A DNA stretch of 64,000 nt, from positions 5,042 to 69,041 of the IMG/VR virus record IMGVR_UViG_3300010397_000007; one strand, written 5' to 3'. The notes beneath the pieces were generated by a model. That model was not told where the DNA came from. It made no database searches and worked only from the letters and a program-made list of their open reading frames with translations. Positions 29,796 through 39,608 of this stretch are shown piece by piece. Source of the stretch: a virus. Made by a program: the position numbers and the translations under genes. How positions within the stretch are numbered: the stretch's first letter is position 1; every line of letters begins with the position of its first letter.

Positions 29796-30291
29796 GGGTT
29801 TGAGGCGGAGCCTCTTGGACGTCAGCAAGAACTTTATCGCGCTCGGGGCCTAAGCGGCGATGGGTTTCGGGGACTAGGGGCCGACGAAGTATTACACATT
29901 CCTGACATGTGACTTCGTATCCTGAGCGTTTGACAATTTCAATATAGTCGGTGAGTTGCTTGGGAACGGCAATGTAAGCCTCCAACGCCCCAGCCGCCGC
30001 GCCCTCGTAAGCGAGGATCCGTTCCATGCCCACGACTGCTGCGTAGATGTCAGGCCCTTTCGCTTCGGGATTATGGATGAAGGGATCAATGACCGCAACG
30101 ACTGCGACCTTCCCTGTCAAGGAACCAATCAGTTCCTCGCCCTTATCCGATACCACAGTCTCAACTCCTGGCGCTCTCCAACCATGTACGACTTCAAGGT
30201 CAGCGGGGAGATAGCACCAACGCCATTTATCAAGCTGCTCAATATCCTGTTCATCGACAGGGCGGAAGGTCATCTTTGAGAAGCTGCTCAC
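29767..30291 (-). CDS. GNAT-fold virion assembly protein (T7 gp13-like position)
   Basis: MTFRPVDEQD, LIGSL, KRSGYE; lies between nozzle and ejection genes. Confidence 0.5.
   Translation of the reverse strand: MSSFSKMTFRPVDEQDIEQLDKWRWCYLPADLEVVHGWRAPGVETVVSDKGEELIGSLTGKVAVVAVIDPFIHNPEAKGPDIYAAVVGMERILAYEGAAAGALEAYIAVPKQLTDYIEIVKRSGYEVTCQECVILRRPLVPETHRRLGPERDKVLADVQEAPPQTLTERASPVA
29788..29814 (-). repeat. Hairpin-CTCACA element copy 6
   Basis: Top strand CTC TGTGAG ggttt GAGGC-GGA-GCCTC. Confidence 0.9.
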
Positions 30292-30797
30292 AACGTCTCC
30301 TTATAACGGCCAAAGCGTGTCAACGCCCTTGTCTGATCGTTCGTCACAATATCCTTTCCTGTCACGCCACTCCCCGTCGTCGCCTTCACTACGCCCGAGG
30401 ACGTACCCTTGACCGAATGTGGCTGGGAGTCCGTCCCCGATGTCGTGTGGATGCGGTAGTGGGCTTGAACGCTGGCCCCTACTGGATCGGTGTAAGACGT
30501 TTGGTTAATATCGCGAATGGGAATAGTTTGAACGTCGGAGACAAAGTCGCCAGAGAGGGACTTGAGGATCTCGTACCCATCGGCCTTCTGCTTACTCGCG
30601 TCAGGCTGAACCTTGGCCCAGGTGATGACGTGGGAAGAGGCCCCAGGGACTACCGTGAAATTGAATGGTGGCGGCGCGGGACGGGCGACGCGAACGTTCT
30701 TCGTCAGCGCACTCTTCCACTTCGCAAAGAAAGAGACGAGATCTTCAGGCTTGGAGATTGTCGGGAGCGATCGGGGGCGGACGGCGCTAATTGCCAC
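30288..30797 (-). CDS. FN3-like tail protein
   Basis: PPPFNFTV...ITW....ADGYEI....SYTD....YRI. Confidence 0.6.
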   Translation of the reverse strand: MAISAVRPRSLPTISKPEDLVSFFAKWKSALTKNVRVARPAPPPFNFTVVPGASSHVITWAKVQPDASKQKADGYEILKSLSGDFVSDVQTIPIRDINQTSYTDPVGASVQAHYRIHTTSGTDSQPHSVKGTSSGVVKATTGSGVTGKDIVTNDQTRALTRFGRYKETL

Positions 30798-33633
30798 TAG
30801 TTAATCCCTCCGGGTTCCCAATCAATCCTTTGACCTTCTGCGCGACAAGCTTCGCGCCGCGAATCGCGCCGGCATTTTGTGACGCGTTGGCAGTGACTTC
30901 GATGAGAAGGCGGTGACAGAGTGAGCCGCCTTTATTAAACCAGCCGCGATAACGATTGGCTCCTTTGATTCGCTGTAAGTTAATCTCTGTGCCAGTTCCC
31001 GGATTGTCCGCATCTGGAGGATCAAGCCAGAAATTAACGGTGATATCGTCAGGCATGAGAGAGTTCGAGAATTCAAGTTCAATGTACTGCGCGATGTGCA
31101 TTGAATCGGGGTCACCGAAATCTACGAGTGCAGGCCGCCACGTTGCAACGGGAAGATCTGCTGAAGAGGTAAAGGTTCCTGAGATGTCATCGATCACGTA
31201 GACATTCCCGTCGTCAGAGCCGCCAACGAGGATTAAAATCCCAGTGTCAAGCTCAAACACCGCGAGCGAAGAGAATCCACGTTGAAGTTGAAACCATCCT
31301 CGCAAATTAAAGTCATAAACCCACGTTTCGAATATGCCTGTCTCTCCGTTACGGAATCCCACCAACCACCAGTCGCGCTTATCGTAGAAGTAATGCTTCG
31401 TCACCACCTCATCAAGCATGACTCCGCTGGCAATCTTTGAGAGCCGATTGCGAATGGGCAGACCGATCTCAAGGAGAGCGGCGGTGGCGTTGGTCTGGGG
31501 CGTGGCGTTAGAAGGGTAGAGAAGTGCCTTCTTGTCGTGAGAAATAAATGGCAGCCCATGCATCGTACTTTCGCCACAGAAACGTCCAGCGAAACCGACA
31601 GAGAACGCCGTCACCTGAGAGATTGCAAAGTCGTCGTAGGATTCACCGTAGAGAGGGAAGACTTGCCGCTCACTTCCAATGTAGAGCGCATCCGCGTGAG
31701 AGATCATTCCACGAATCTTATTAGACTGATCGGGGAAGGAGTTCTCACTGACAAGATCGGAAATCGTGTTCTTTACATCCTGCACCGTTACATCAACGGG
31801 CTCAGAGTAAAAGACTCTAATAGTGACATTGCGTACCGACACTGTCCGTTTCCCCGCAGCCGCTTGTAATTGGAATCCGAAGCTGGAAGCATTGACTGCC
31901 GCTGGCGTGAATCCACCGCCAGGAAGAGATGTGGCGCTTCCCAGGGAAAAGCTGGATGGCGTAGTGCCAAAAGACGCATTGGGGATGTTACCGAGAATGT
32001 AAGCGGAACTCCCAATCTTAATGTACCCCTGACAATTGATTGACGCTCCGCCCGCTGGCGCTGTCGCCTTAATCTCTAAATCAGCCGTAACTCCGACAAT
32101 CGTAGCGTTGGTGGGGATAGCGAATCCAAAATTGCTCGCGATTAGATATTGGGAAATGTTTGTAGTCAGCGGTGCAACAAAATCCGCGAAGTTGACACCA
32201 GAGGTTACGTTATTTGGAGTCGTCCAAGCAACGTAGAGCGGATTGCCGGGGTCAACAGATGTTCCGAGGCCAGCAAGTTCTTGCTCATTATGTTGCTGCG
32301 CCGAACCGGAGGCGGTGTAGCTTTGCTCAATTCCGGGGACGCATTCAATCGGATTGCCATTCAAGCCTGCTTGAACTTCCTCATTCGCGCAAAAGTTAAA
32401 GAGGTTGGGCTTGTTGACCCGAGTACGGAAGAGGCGAGTCTTGTGGACTTCGAGCATTGTCGAAGGGACTGGTGGGTCGTTACGAACGGGGCGGAAGATG
32501 GAGACGAAGGTGTTGAATGGATCGTCGAGGAATGGGGATTCATCGGTGACTGGCGTGGAATTTAGATTCTGGGTTACTGGCGTCGAGATGTTGAGGAACT
32601 GTCCAACCTTTGATCCGTCGCTCTCACTTGCGTAGAGATTCCAATGTGTGCAGCGAGCATCGCAGAGAACGGGGCGGCCATTATTGATTGTTGCCGGGGA
32701 ATTGGCGACGAGCATTAAAGAGAAATTCCCGCCACCTAAATCTTCCACCCCCTTAATAACTCCAATCAATGTTCCATTGATGTAGAGGGTAAGGCCCATG
32801 AATGCGCCGGCAAGGGACGCAGGGCCGGAGCCTGTATCGGGGGAGATTGCGCCTAGCGGAAGCGTGGGGCCCGGGGAGTCGGCGGAGGCAGAGATTGAGA
32901 TATTGCGAGCGCCACTCGTTACGCTCCAGAGCCCTGGTGTCTGGTAGACCTTGATCTTCTTATTCGTCACCGCTCCGGTGCTTAGGCCGATGGCACTTGA
33001 GGAACCTTCATGTACGGGCCGCGTGGCAGTTTGATCGGAGTTGGTGAACCAATAGTAACGCCCTACGACGGCGTCGAATGTTCCTGCGACTGTGTTATCG
33101 ATCGCAGGTTGCCAAAAGGGCGGGCCGGAGAATTGATTGGTGCGAGTGAAGCCGCCTTGATAGGGAATACCGATGCCCGCTTTGAACCAAGCTACGCCGT
33201 CAAAGACCCATTCCGTTACCCCGTCAGACATGAAGAGAAGATTCCCGAGGGTACGGAACATTGGGGCTGTGTTTAACTGCCCAACTGCGGTTACCTTTGT
33301 CCAGATTCCTGCGCTCTGGATGTAAAGAACGCAGGCGCTTAAAAAGTCTCCTGCGTCAACGAAAAATGATGTACGGGAAGCGGCGAAGTAGAAACGAGTG
33401 ACAGAGCCGTCGGCTTGGGACTGATTAAAGTTGAAAAGGGAGACGACGGGGCCGTCGAGAACCTGATTGATGAAGAAGGGCTCAGCGGCTTCGCGATGAA
33501 GCTGGCCGTCGGCTTCCGGGAGCCATGAGAGGACACGACGAGATGTACCGGGAGCGTTTGCCGTTTGGGAGGCATAACTTTGCTCAGAAGTTAATAGGTT
33601 CCATCTTCCGACAACCTCCCGTCCATGGCTCAT
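30787..33633 (-). CDS. tail nozzle / tail tubular protein B-like
   Basis: 948-aa beta-propeller-like protein after the adaptor; TWVYDF..RGW. Confidence 0.7.
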   Translation of the reverse strand: MSHGREVVGRWNLLTSEQSYASQTANAPGTSRRVLSWLPEADGQLHREAAEPFFINQVLDGPVVSLFNFNQSQADGSVTRFYFAASRTSFFVDAGDFLSACVLYIQSAGIWTKVTAVGQLNTAPMFRTLGNLLFMSDGVTEWVFDGVAWFKAGIGIPYQGGFTRTNQFSGPPFWQPAIDNTVAGTFDAVVGRYYWFTNSDQTATRPVHEGSSSAIGLSTGAVTNKKIKVYQTPGLWSVTSGARNISISASADSPGPTLPLGAISPDTGSGPASLAGAFMGLTLYINGTLIGVIKGVEDLGGGNFSLMLVANSPATINNGRPVLCDARCTHWNLYASESDGSKVGQFLNISTPVTQNLNSTPVTDESPFLDDPFNTFVSIFRPVRNDPPVPSTMLEVHKTRLFRTRVNKPNLFNFCANEEVQAGLNGNPIECVPGIEQSYTASGSAQQHNEQELAGLGTSVDPGNPLYVAWTTPNNVTSGVNFADFVAPLTTNISQYLIASNFGFAIPTNATIVGVTADLEIKATAPAGGASINCQGYIKIGSSAYILGNIPNASFGTTPSSFSLGSATSLPGGGFTPAAVNASSFGFQLQAAAGKRTVSVRNVTIRVFYSEPVDVTVQDVKNTISDLVSENSFPDQSNKIRGMISHADALYIGSERQVFPLYGESYDDFAISQVTAFSVGFAGRFCGESTMHGLPFISHDKKALLYPSNATPQTNATAALLEIGLPIRNRLSKIASGVMLDEVVTKHYFYDKRDWWLVGFRNGETGIFETWVYDFNLRGWFQLQRGFSSLAVFELDTGILILVGGSDDGNVYVIDDISGTFTSSADLPVATWRPALVDFGDPDSMHIAQYIELEFSNSLMPDDITVNFWLDPPDADNPGTGTEINLQRIKGANRYRGWFNKGGSLCHRLLIEVTANASQNAGAIRGAKLVAQKVKGLIGNPEGLTSGN

Positions 33634-34352
33634 TAGTCATCGCCCTCGCAGAGGCCTTCAACGAAAACGGGATCCGAGCCATTGCGCCCATCTGCCCCTT
33701 GTGCGATTTCAATAACGTCCTCGCGCCATTTGGCAGACCACATTTGAAACTGTGTCGCATCTTGCGTTGCGAGCATGATCGCTTTAGCTGCGTAGGAAGC
33801 TATTTTTTTGCTATATGGATAAAGGACTTCATCCACCGGATCAGCGGCCTCAAAATCTGGGATAGATCGGACGTACCAGATTTGCAGCGTCAAGGCTGCT
33901 GGAGGGTAATCCGCGAAGACAATCGTCTTCTTACCGACGACCGTGTAGAGAATGGTCTCAGGATTATTCGTTATCGCTGTCGTTCCATCATTCGCACCGC
34001 GACGAAGGGAACGGAAATCTCCATCTGTAAGGTTACGGAAGGCGAACGTGAGTCCGGTGAATCCTGGGGTCAGACATTCGATAAACTTAATCTCCCGAAG
34101 ATCGGTTGGGAGGGCGTATTCCCGAGTCGTGGCGTTAAGAGCGGGGAAGTAGTATGAGCCGGCAGCATTCGTCGCTTGCGATGGCGTTATGAAATATTCA
34201 TCTTCGAGATTTTTAAGTATGTTCCAAACGGAGTCCTTGGCTTCATTGAGGAAACCGAGGAGGTCGTCTTGGGAGACAGCGTTCGCGTAGCCAGAGAGGC
34301 GACCGTTTGCGAGATCGATAACGTCTTGTCCAACTAGGGAATCGACGGCCAT
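33633..34352 (-). CDS. head-tail adaptor / tail tubular protein A-like
   Basis: LLGFLNEA, TREYALPTD, LQIWY pattern. Confidence 0.75.
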   Translation of the reverse strand: MAVDSLVGQDVIDLANGRLSGYANAVSQDDLLGFLNEAKDSVWNILKNLEDEYFITPSQATNAAGSYYFPALNATTREYALPTDLREIKFIECLTPGFTGLTFAFRNLTDGDFRSLRRGANDGTTAITNNPETILYTVVGKKTIVFADYPPAALTLQIWYVRSIPDFEAADPVDEVLYPYSKKIASYAAKAIMLATQDATQFQMWSAKWREDVIEIAQGADGRNGSDPVFVEGLCEGDD

Positions 34353-34919
34353 TTAGAATTCTCCTAACGTGACAAGAGGTTTGTTAGCATGTTCACCATG
34401 TAATAGGTAACCGAGGTCACGATGCCCATTCTTCAAAGCGTCCTGGCGACGGCGGGTCATGAAATCGATTTGGTCATAGCTCTCGCTATGGAGAGCGAAT
34501 CTTTTGTTCTCTTCTTGTCTCTCTTGATCCTCTGCAATTCGATCAGCCTCTTGCTCCTGCGCGTCGCAGAATCTCGCGTAGCCACCATAACGGGCGTGTT
34601 CGCCATGACAGAGCATGTCGTAAGCTGCTTGATTGATAGCATCAGGCATAAAAAGGATCCGTTCCTTGGCCCGCGCTGCGATTAACTCTTCATTCACATT
34701 CTTTAGTGCATTCTTATGCTTCGTCGTGGACTCGCTCCCCTTTGGATAAGCGATCCAGTGTTCTAGCCTTGCACGTCTTTTCTCAAGGTAGTGAATCTCA
34801 CTCGGATGAATGTAAGCACGCTGCGAGATGACCCACTTCCCAACCCACTCGCCCCAGCGAACCGAGACGAGCGGATGGTTGAGACGTAGCATACTTACGA
34901 ACCATTCAGGCGGCTTCAT
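34353..34919 (-). CDS. hypothetical protein
   Basis: Coupled ORF in the head module. Confidence 0.7.
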   Translation of the reverse strand: MKPPEWFVSMLRLNHPLVSVRWGEWVGKWVISQRAYIHPSEIHYLEKRRARLEHWIAYPKGSESTTKHKNALKNVNEELIAARAKERILFMPDAINQAAYDMLCHGEHARYGGYARFCDAQEQEADRIAEDQERQEENKRFALHSESYDQIDFMTRRRQDALKNGHRDLGYLLHGEHANKPLVTLGEF

Positions 34920-35410
34920 TCCTCTTCAACTCCAGCCGCTACGGGCTTATCTTCTTCTTCCCAATCGACAGCCGGCTCGTTAACAACATCCTTGTGAATT
35001 TTCATCATGTGGCGAGCGAGACGACCGGGGGTTTCGCAGTCCTTGTCACAGAGAGAGCAGGCGAATTGAGGACGCGGGGCAACTTGTTCCCCGAGGGCAA
35101 ATTCCTTAACTACTTCGAGAAAGGGGCAGGAAGGGCTATTGATTGCTTTGGCCCCAACAATGATGTGTGCGGAACGTTGGAGAGCCTTGGCAATGGTCTT
35201 ATCAACCGTAATCGTCTTTCCCTCTCTAAACATGAAGGACTGCCCGTTAAATAGCACGGGCGCGTAAATGCCATCCTTATCGTTCTTGAAGACGCCATTC
35301 TTTTTCATCTGGGCGAGGATCTTATCGCCAGAGACGGTTTCGTCATGATCGACGTCGTGAAATGAATACTTTTTGTCTATTAGCCGTAAGGTTACTTGAG
35401 TGGTTTCCAT
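34916..35410 (-). CDS. hypothetical protein with C-terminal C2H2 zinc finger (start METTQ)
   Basis: FACSLCDK.C.....L..HM..IH; AAGGAG RBS. Confidence 0.7.
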   Translation of the reverse strand: METTQVTLRLIDKKYSFHDVDHDETVSGDKILAQMKKNGVFKNDKDGIYAPVLFNGQSFMFREGKTITVDKTIAKALQRSAHIIVGAKAINSPSCPFLEVVKEFALGEQVAPRPQFACSLCDKDCETPGRLARHMMKIHKDVVNEPAVDWEEEDKPVAAGVEEE

Positions 35411-35551
35411 GGTTAAACGCTCCTTAATCCTGAGACTCAAGGTAGTAGGAAATTCACCACCGAGAGCGTTTGCTAGCGGCGCATTACGGTCAGGACGTAA
35501 GGAGGCCAGTCCGAGGCGTTGAGAGTACCTGACTGGTTATTAGTATAGCAG

Positions 35552-36091
35552 TTACGAGGAAGAGGTAGTCGCAAGGACTTGAAGGGATTGTTGCTGTTTT
35601 TCGTGGGGGCAATGGCCTCCGTTGCGTTGGCGGCCACAATTGCAATTGAAACAAAGAGTACGAAAACCTGATGGGTAATTATTAGCAATTATCCAAAGAT
35701 AAACACGAAAACTTCCAACAGTTTTCCCATTTCCTTTGCCGATAAGTTTTTTATGCTGGGCTCCATCATTGTTTTCGTGGTCAAGTGTTAAAAACATTTC
35801 TTCAGTTTCGCCACAACAAACACAAGCGTGGCCATAGTAATCAAAAACTTTGCGTTTAACTTCTTCACGCCGCAGTTTTTGTTTTTCTGCGGTATCTTTG
35901 CCATGCTTTCGGGCTAAAACAGTTTGACGATATTCTGGATCAGACGCGTAACGTGTCCTTCTATTTTCTTGCTGAAGCAATTCAGATGCTCTATATTTTT
36001 CTGGATTAGTAGCTCGCCACCGCTTTACGGCCTCACGGTGCGCTTGCTTAACGTCTTCTGGCCACGTCGAATATGCACCTTTATGTGGCAT
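35552..36091 (-). CDS. HNH-type homing endonuclease
   Basis: CVCCGE....LTLDH.NNDG...LCFNCN; lower GC than flanks. Confidence 0.85.
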   Translation of the reverse strand: MPHKGAYSTWPEDVKQAHREAVKRWRATNPEKYRASELLQQENRRTRYASDPEYRQTVLARKHGKDTAEKQKLRREEVKRKVFDYYGHACVCCGETEEMFLTLDHENNDGAQHKKLIGKGNGKTVGSFRVYLWIIANNYPSGFRTLCFNCNCGRQRNGGHCPHEKQQQSLQVLATTSSS

Positions 36092-36124
36092 AAAAAAGGA
36101 AGATAACCGTTAAGTTATCTTCCT
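36091..36124 (-). terminator. intrinsic terminator-like hairpin after the major capsid gene
   Basis: Minus strand AGGAAGATAAC-ttaacg-GTTATCTTCCT-TTTTT directly before the HNH ATG. Confidence 0.7.
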
Positions 36125-36125
36125 G

Positions 36126-36154
36126 ATTATACGTCAAGTTAGTCCGTAAAGCAA
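36126..36154 (-). promoter_or_regulatory. sigma70-like promoter for the HNH gene
   Basis: Minus strand TTGCTT-17 nt-TATAAT. Confidence 0.55.
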
Positions 36155-36186
36155 ATTCGTGAAGATCAATAAGATCTTTAGAATCA

Positions 36187-37473
36187 CTAATCTGCGGTCG
36201 TCCCTTGCGTGACCGTGACGGTAATTCCATCGAACCGAACCAACGCATTACCCTGATCGCACATGTAGTTCTCGTCGATTCTCCAGCGGCCTTCGTAATT
36301 CGCTTTGTTAGCGACACGAAGCAGAACTGGATCGCCTTCTGCGCCGCTCCAGCTTCCCTTGTCCAAAGGAATCTGGAACAGATGGTCAGTGTTTAGACCA
36401 ACCAAGGTTCCGTAGGCCATGTCCTTATCGGTGCGGAAGCGCCAGCCGTTGAAGGTCAAGTCCTTGGAGCCCGATCCAGCTTTGGAACCGGAGTCGAAGT
36501 TGTGAGCATTCGCATCGGTTACCGTGTAGCGAACATCAGGAGCGATGAGCTTCTGAATTTCGCGCCGCAGCGAGGAATGGCAGACGAAGGTGTCGATGTA
36601 CTGACCGGAAACTTCTTCGCAGTTGTCAACGCCGCGCTGAATCACGTCTTGGTTGAGCGAGCCGACCGAAGTCAGGACTTGCGAACGGAAGAAGCTGTTC
36701 GCAGCCAAGGAGCGATCGAGACCGAAGAGAGTGGTGACGTAGGTCGTCGAGTCAGCGAGACCGAGGATACCCATTGATTCATCACCGAAGGAGTCTTCGT
36801 TGGAACCGAGGGAGTTGGTTCCGAGGGTGACGAGATCAGAAGTGGTCGAGTTGATCGCCACGTCCAGGGTGATTGTGGTCGTTGCGACAGCGGTTACTGT
36901 CTGCACGCCACGAACGGTCACGCCAGTTGGGTCAACGATGGCAACTAACATTCCAACCTTAATGAAGCGAGGAATGTTCACAGTGCCGACCACGCCGCCC
37001 GGATCCTTAAGAGTCTGGGTCGTGGAGTTCGCGCCCGAGGAAACGACTGCCAAGGTGCCGGCTCCGAAGCCTGCGAGAGCACGATTGCGCTGACGCGAGA
37101 CGTCGTTGACGATACCTTTCTGAGCCAAGTCCATAGCACGAATGAATGACCCCTTATCAGTCTTCGAGACTTTCATCACACGCTCGGACAGTTCAATGCG
37201 ACCGAAGATGGATTTGACCGGGATGGTCAAGTTCTTGGTCGATTGGCTGCCGGCCACGGGGAGTCCGCCGCCTTCTGCCACGTACTTCGAACCACTGTAG
37301 TCACGAGCGGAGTGGAGGTCGAAGATCAGGTTGCGACCCTGGAACTCGTAACGGCTGATGGAGTCCTCAGTAAAAAGGTCGAGTAGGTTGGTTTTCTGGT
37401 TGATCTGCTCACGCAGCCCAGGTTGGTAGACGTTCTTCAACGAAGCGTCAAATGCTGTGGTATCTAATGCCAT
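36187..37473 (-). CDS. major capsid protein
   Basis: LKNVYQP..REQIN, EGGGLP.AG, GRIELSERVM; follows the scaffold; biased codon usage. Confidence 0.88.
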   Translation of the reverse strand: MALDTTAFDASLKNVYQPGLREQINQKTNLLDLFTEDSISRYEFQGRNLIFDLHSARDYSGSKYVAEGGGLPVAGSQSTKNLTIPVKSIFGRIELSERVMKVSKTDKGSFIRAMDLAQKGIVNDVSRQRNRALAGFGAGTLAVVSSGANSTTQTLKDPGGVVGTVNIPRFIKVGMLVAIVDPTGVTVRGVQTVTAVATTTITLDVAINSTTSDLVTLGTNSLGSNEDSFGDESMGILGLADSTTYVTTLFGLDRSLAANSFFRSQVLTSVGSLNQDVIQRGVDNCEEVSGQYIDTFVCHSSLRREIQKLIAPDVRYTVTDANAHNFDSGSKAGSGSKDLTFNGWRFRTDKDMAYGTLVGLNTDHLFQIPLDKGSWSGAEGDPVLLRVANKANYEGRWRIDENYMCDQGNALVRFDGITVTVTQGTTAD

Positions 37474-37530
37474 GGTAGTGCTCTCCTATTGATGTCGTTT
37501 ACTGCACGCCATCGACGCTTCGGAGTGACG

Positions 37531-38454
37531 TTAGGCTTTGCTGCTACGAACTCGTTCGAATTCAGCGAAAGCTTTTTCGTGAAGCGCTTCCATCGGATCT
37601 TTGGTACGTCCAGATGGCTTTGCTCCGTCACTCCTCTTCGCCGCTGTTCCCGGCGCAGGGAGTTTCTTGTTAGCTGCAACGCTACGGGCCTTATCGGCTG
37701 CGTAGTTTGACGATGAGGGAGAGACGGGTTGCCAGCCGAGGGATTTCAGGGCGAGATCGAATCCCTCACGGACTAGGTTGCGTGCTTCCACGCCGCCTTG
37801 CCGCCAGCGACCGATGAGTTCCTCGTCGCTATTGATCCAATCTTTGACCAGGGTGCCGACTACTTTGGCCTTGGTTCCGTCCTTGTCTTCCAGCTTGGCT
37901 TCACTCAGCCACGATGAAAGATTTCCTCTAGCTTCGGCTTCTTGATTACGGAAACGTTGCTCCTCGGAGGCGGAAGAAGCGCTAGTAAGCGACTTCAACT
38001 GCTCACGGAGTTCTTTGAGCTGCGTTTCGGCTTCCTCTTTCGAGAGGTAACCAAGTTCCGCTGCTTCCTTCTTCAACCATTCCTTCGCGGCCTTCTGCTC
38101 AGGTGTGAGCTTTGAGTCGTCTGGTTTGGCTGGCTCTGGCTTTTTCGACGTTAATTCCCTCAATCGAAGGAGTTCATCGGCGACTGCCTTGAGCTGAGCT
38201 GGATCGTCAAGTCCATACTCTTTTGCCTGCTTTTCCCAACGGCTGAGACTTGCGATACGTTTCCCAGACTCGTCGTAGGCCTTGATCGCGTCTTCCCGAG
38301 TACGGTAGACGGAACGATCGTTGACCTTGAGAAAAGGTTCTTGCTCTTTGACTTCGGCTTCGGAGTTACCTTCGCCTGCGTCGTCTTGCTCTTGCTGTAC
38401 TGCGTCTAGCTCGACATCAGTGGAGTCATCTAGTAAAGACGCTTCGTCTGACAT
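37531..38454 (-). CDS. capsid scaffolding protein
   Basis: Acidic N-terminus, coiled coil, basic/Pro-rich C-terminus; directly upstream of the capsid gene. Confidence 0.7.
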   Translation of the reverse strand: MSDEASLLDDSTDVELDAVQQEQDDAGEGNSEAEVKEQEPFLKVNDRSVYRTREDAIKAYDESGKRIASLSRWEKQAKEYGLDDPAQLKAVADELLRLRELTSKKPEPAKPDDSKLTPEQKAAKEWLKKEAAELGYLSKEEAETQLKELREQLKSLTSASSASEEQRFRNQEAEARGNLSSWLSEAKLEDKDGTKAKVVGTLVKDWINSDEELIGRWRQGGVEARNLVREGFDLALKSLGWQPVSPSSSNYAADKARSVAANKKLPAPGTAAKRSDGAKPSGRTKDPMEALHEKAFAEFERVRSSKA

Positions 38455-38506
38455 TTAACACCTACTCATTAACGCGGAGTTGCCGCGTGATTTAACTACA
38501 AAACTT

Positions 38507-38959
38507 TTAGCTCACCGAATCCAAGCCAACACCGTAAGTTCCCGTTTCAGTTGCGCCGACGGGATCTGCTACCTTGAAACGTTGAATTACAACGGCAATG
38601 GCGCAGTCAATGGCTGGCGTGGTGTGGATTGCAGTGTTGACGGCTTGAAGGACGTCTCCCTTCGCTACGATCGGGAGGTTGCTTGAGACCAAGGTAGCGT
38701 AAGTTGGAGTCGTCGAAGTCGTCGCGAAAGAGAGAACGGTGCCGGATGAAGCGATGGTCGTTCCGTTCTTTAGAATGTCTGTGGTCTGAGTGTTGGTCGT
38801 GCCAGCCGTGCCGAGGACAGCGTAGATAGCTTTAATGCGTCCAGCGTAAGGCATCGGGGGCGAACAGACGCGACCGGCTTGGGACGTGGTCGTGGTGGTC
38901 TGGGTTCCTGAGAGTGTCAGGTTGACGACGAACTCTTCTTCGTTCTTTAGTTTAATCAT
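38507..38959 (-). CDS. capsid decoration/minor structural protein
   Basis: Thr-rich jelly-roll-like protein, DILKNGT, VAKGDVL. Confidence 0.55.
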   Translation of the reverse strand: MIKLKNEEEFVVNLTLSGTQTTTTTSQAGRVCSPPMPYAGRIKAIYAVLGTAGTTNTQTTDILKNGTTIASSGTVLSFATTSTTPTYATLVSSNLPIVAKGDVLQAVNTAIHTTPAIDCAIAVVIQRFKVADPVGATETGTYGVGLDSVS

Positions 38960-39088
38960 GGCTCGTTTGGCTCCTTAGTTTGGCCGAGCGAGTAGGACTC
39001 GCTACTAAGCACAAGTTTAACATAAAGTCAATAACTAAGTAGATAACCTAGACGAGATGCGGTAGAATGGGAGACCCTTGGAGGGACT

Positions 39089-39292
39089 ATGAAGATTGCT
39101 ACGATCGTTGTCGTTGCTTTTCTGTTAGGGATGGCGCTGGGGCCGACGCCGAGCGCGAAGGCTGGGGTATCAGGAACAATTACGGTGACTGAAGTGGATC
39201 CGGGGATTACAAGCGTTTATGGGAGTACCGTTGTAGGCTTTTCGTGCGCTAAGGGTGATAAGAATATGCATTGTTACATCGCGACAGAATAG
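39089..39292 (+). CDS. small secreted protein (moron)
   Basis: GGAGG RBS, signal peptide, VVGFSC...CYI Cys pair; antisense to the late operon. Confidence 0.7.
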   Translation: MKIATIVVVAFLLGMALGPTPSAKAGVSGTITVTEVDPGITSVYGSTVVGFSCAKGDKNMHCYIATE

Positions 39293-39298
39293 ACAATG

Positions 39299-39325
39299 AG
39301 GGCTCCGCCCTGAAGGCTCACAAAG
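39299..39325 (+). repeat. Hairpin-CTCACA element copy 7
   Basis: AGGGC-TCC-GCCCT gaagg CTCACA AAG. Confidence 0.9.
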
Positions 39326-39396
39326 AGATGGGGCGGCATATTCCCCAAACGAGACATAAATGCACGTTCCGCGTAATATGCCAAAACGTCCATTCT

Positions 39397-39423
39397 CTTT
39401 GTGAGGGTTTGCAGCGGAGCTGC
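39397..39423 (-). repeat. Hairpin-CTCACA element copy 8
   Basis: Top strand CTT TGTGAG ggttt GCAGC-GGA-GCTGC. Confidence 0.9.
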
Positions 39424-39608
39424 TATAGCGAAACGGCTTGCTCTACGCAATCCTTATGGAAGAGGAAGTATTGTCCATCACGGACGACAAGGGTTCGTTG
39501 TAAAGGGTCGTCAATGTTGAGGAAGCACCAAATGCAACGTGTGCCGTCGTGCTTAATATAGAGATCGAGCGCGATCGTGCGCCAGTCTTCGGCTATTTGC
39601 ACTGACAT
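39423..39608 (-). CDS. small Zn-binding hypothetical protein
   Basis: CIWC...FHKDC. Confidence 0.6.
   Translation of the reverse strand: MSVQIAEDWRTIALDLYIKHDGTRCIWCFLNIDDPLQRTLVVRDGQYFLFHKDCVEQAVSL

Noticed and set aside
35415-35600. Structured RNA or intron remnant downstream of the capsid-associated HNH gene
   Set aside because: Only short hairpins (CCAGTC/GACTGG, TTACG/CGTAA) are visible, and the flanking genes appear complete, so no splicing is needed.
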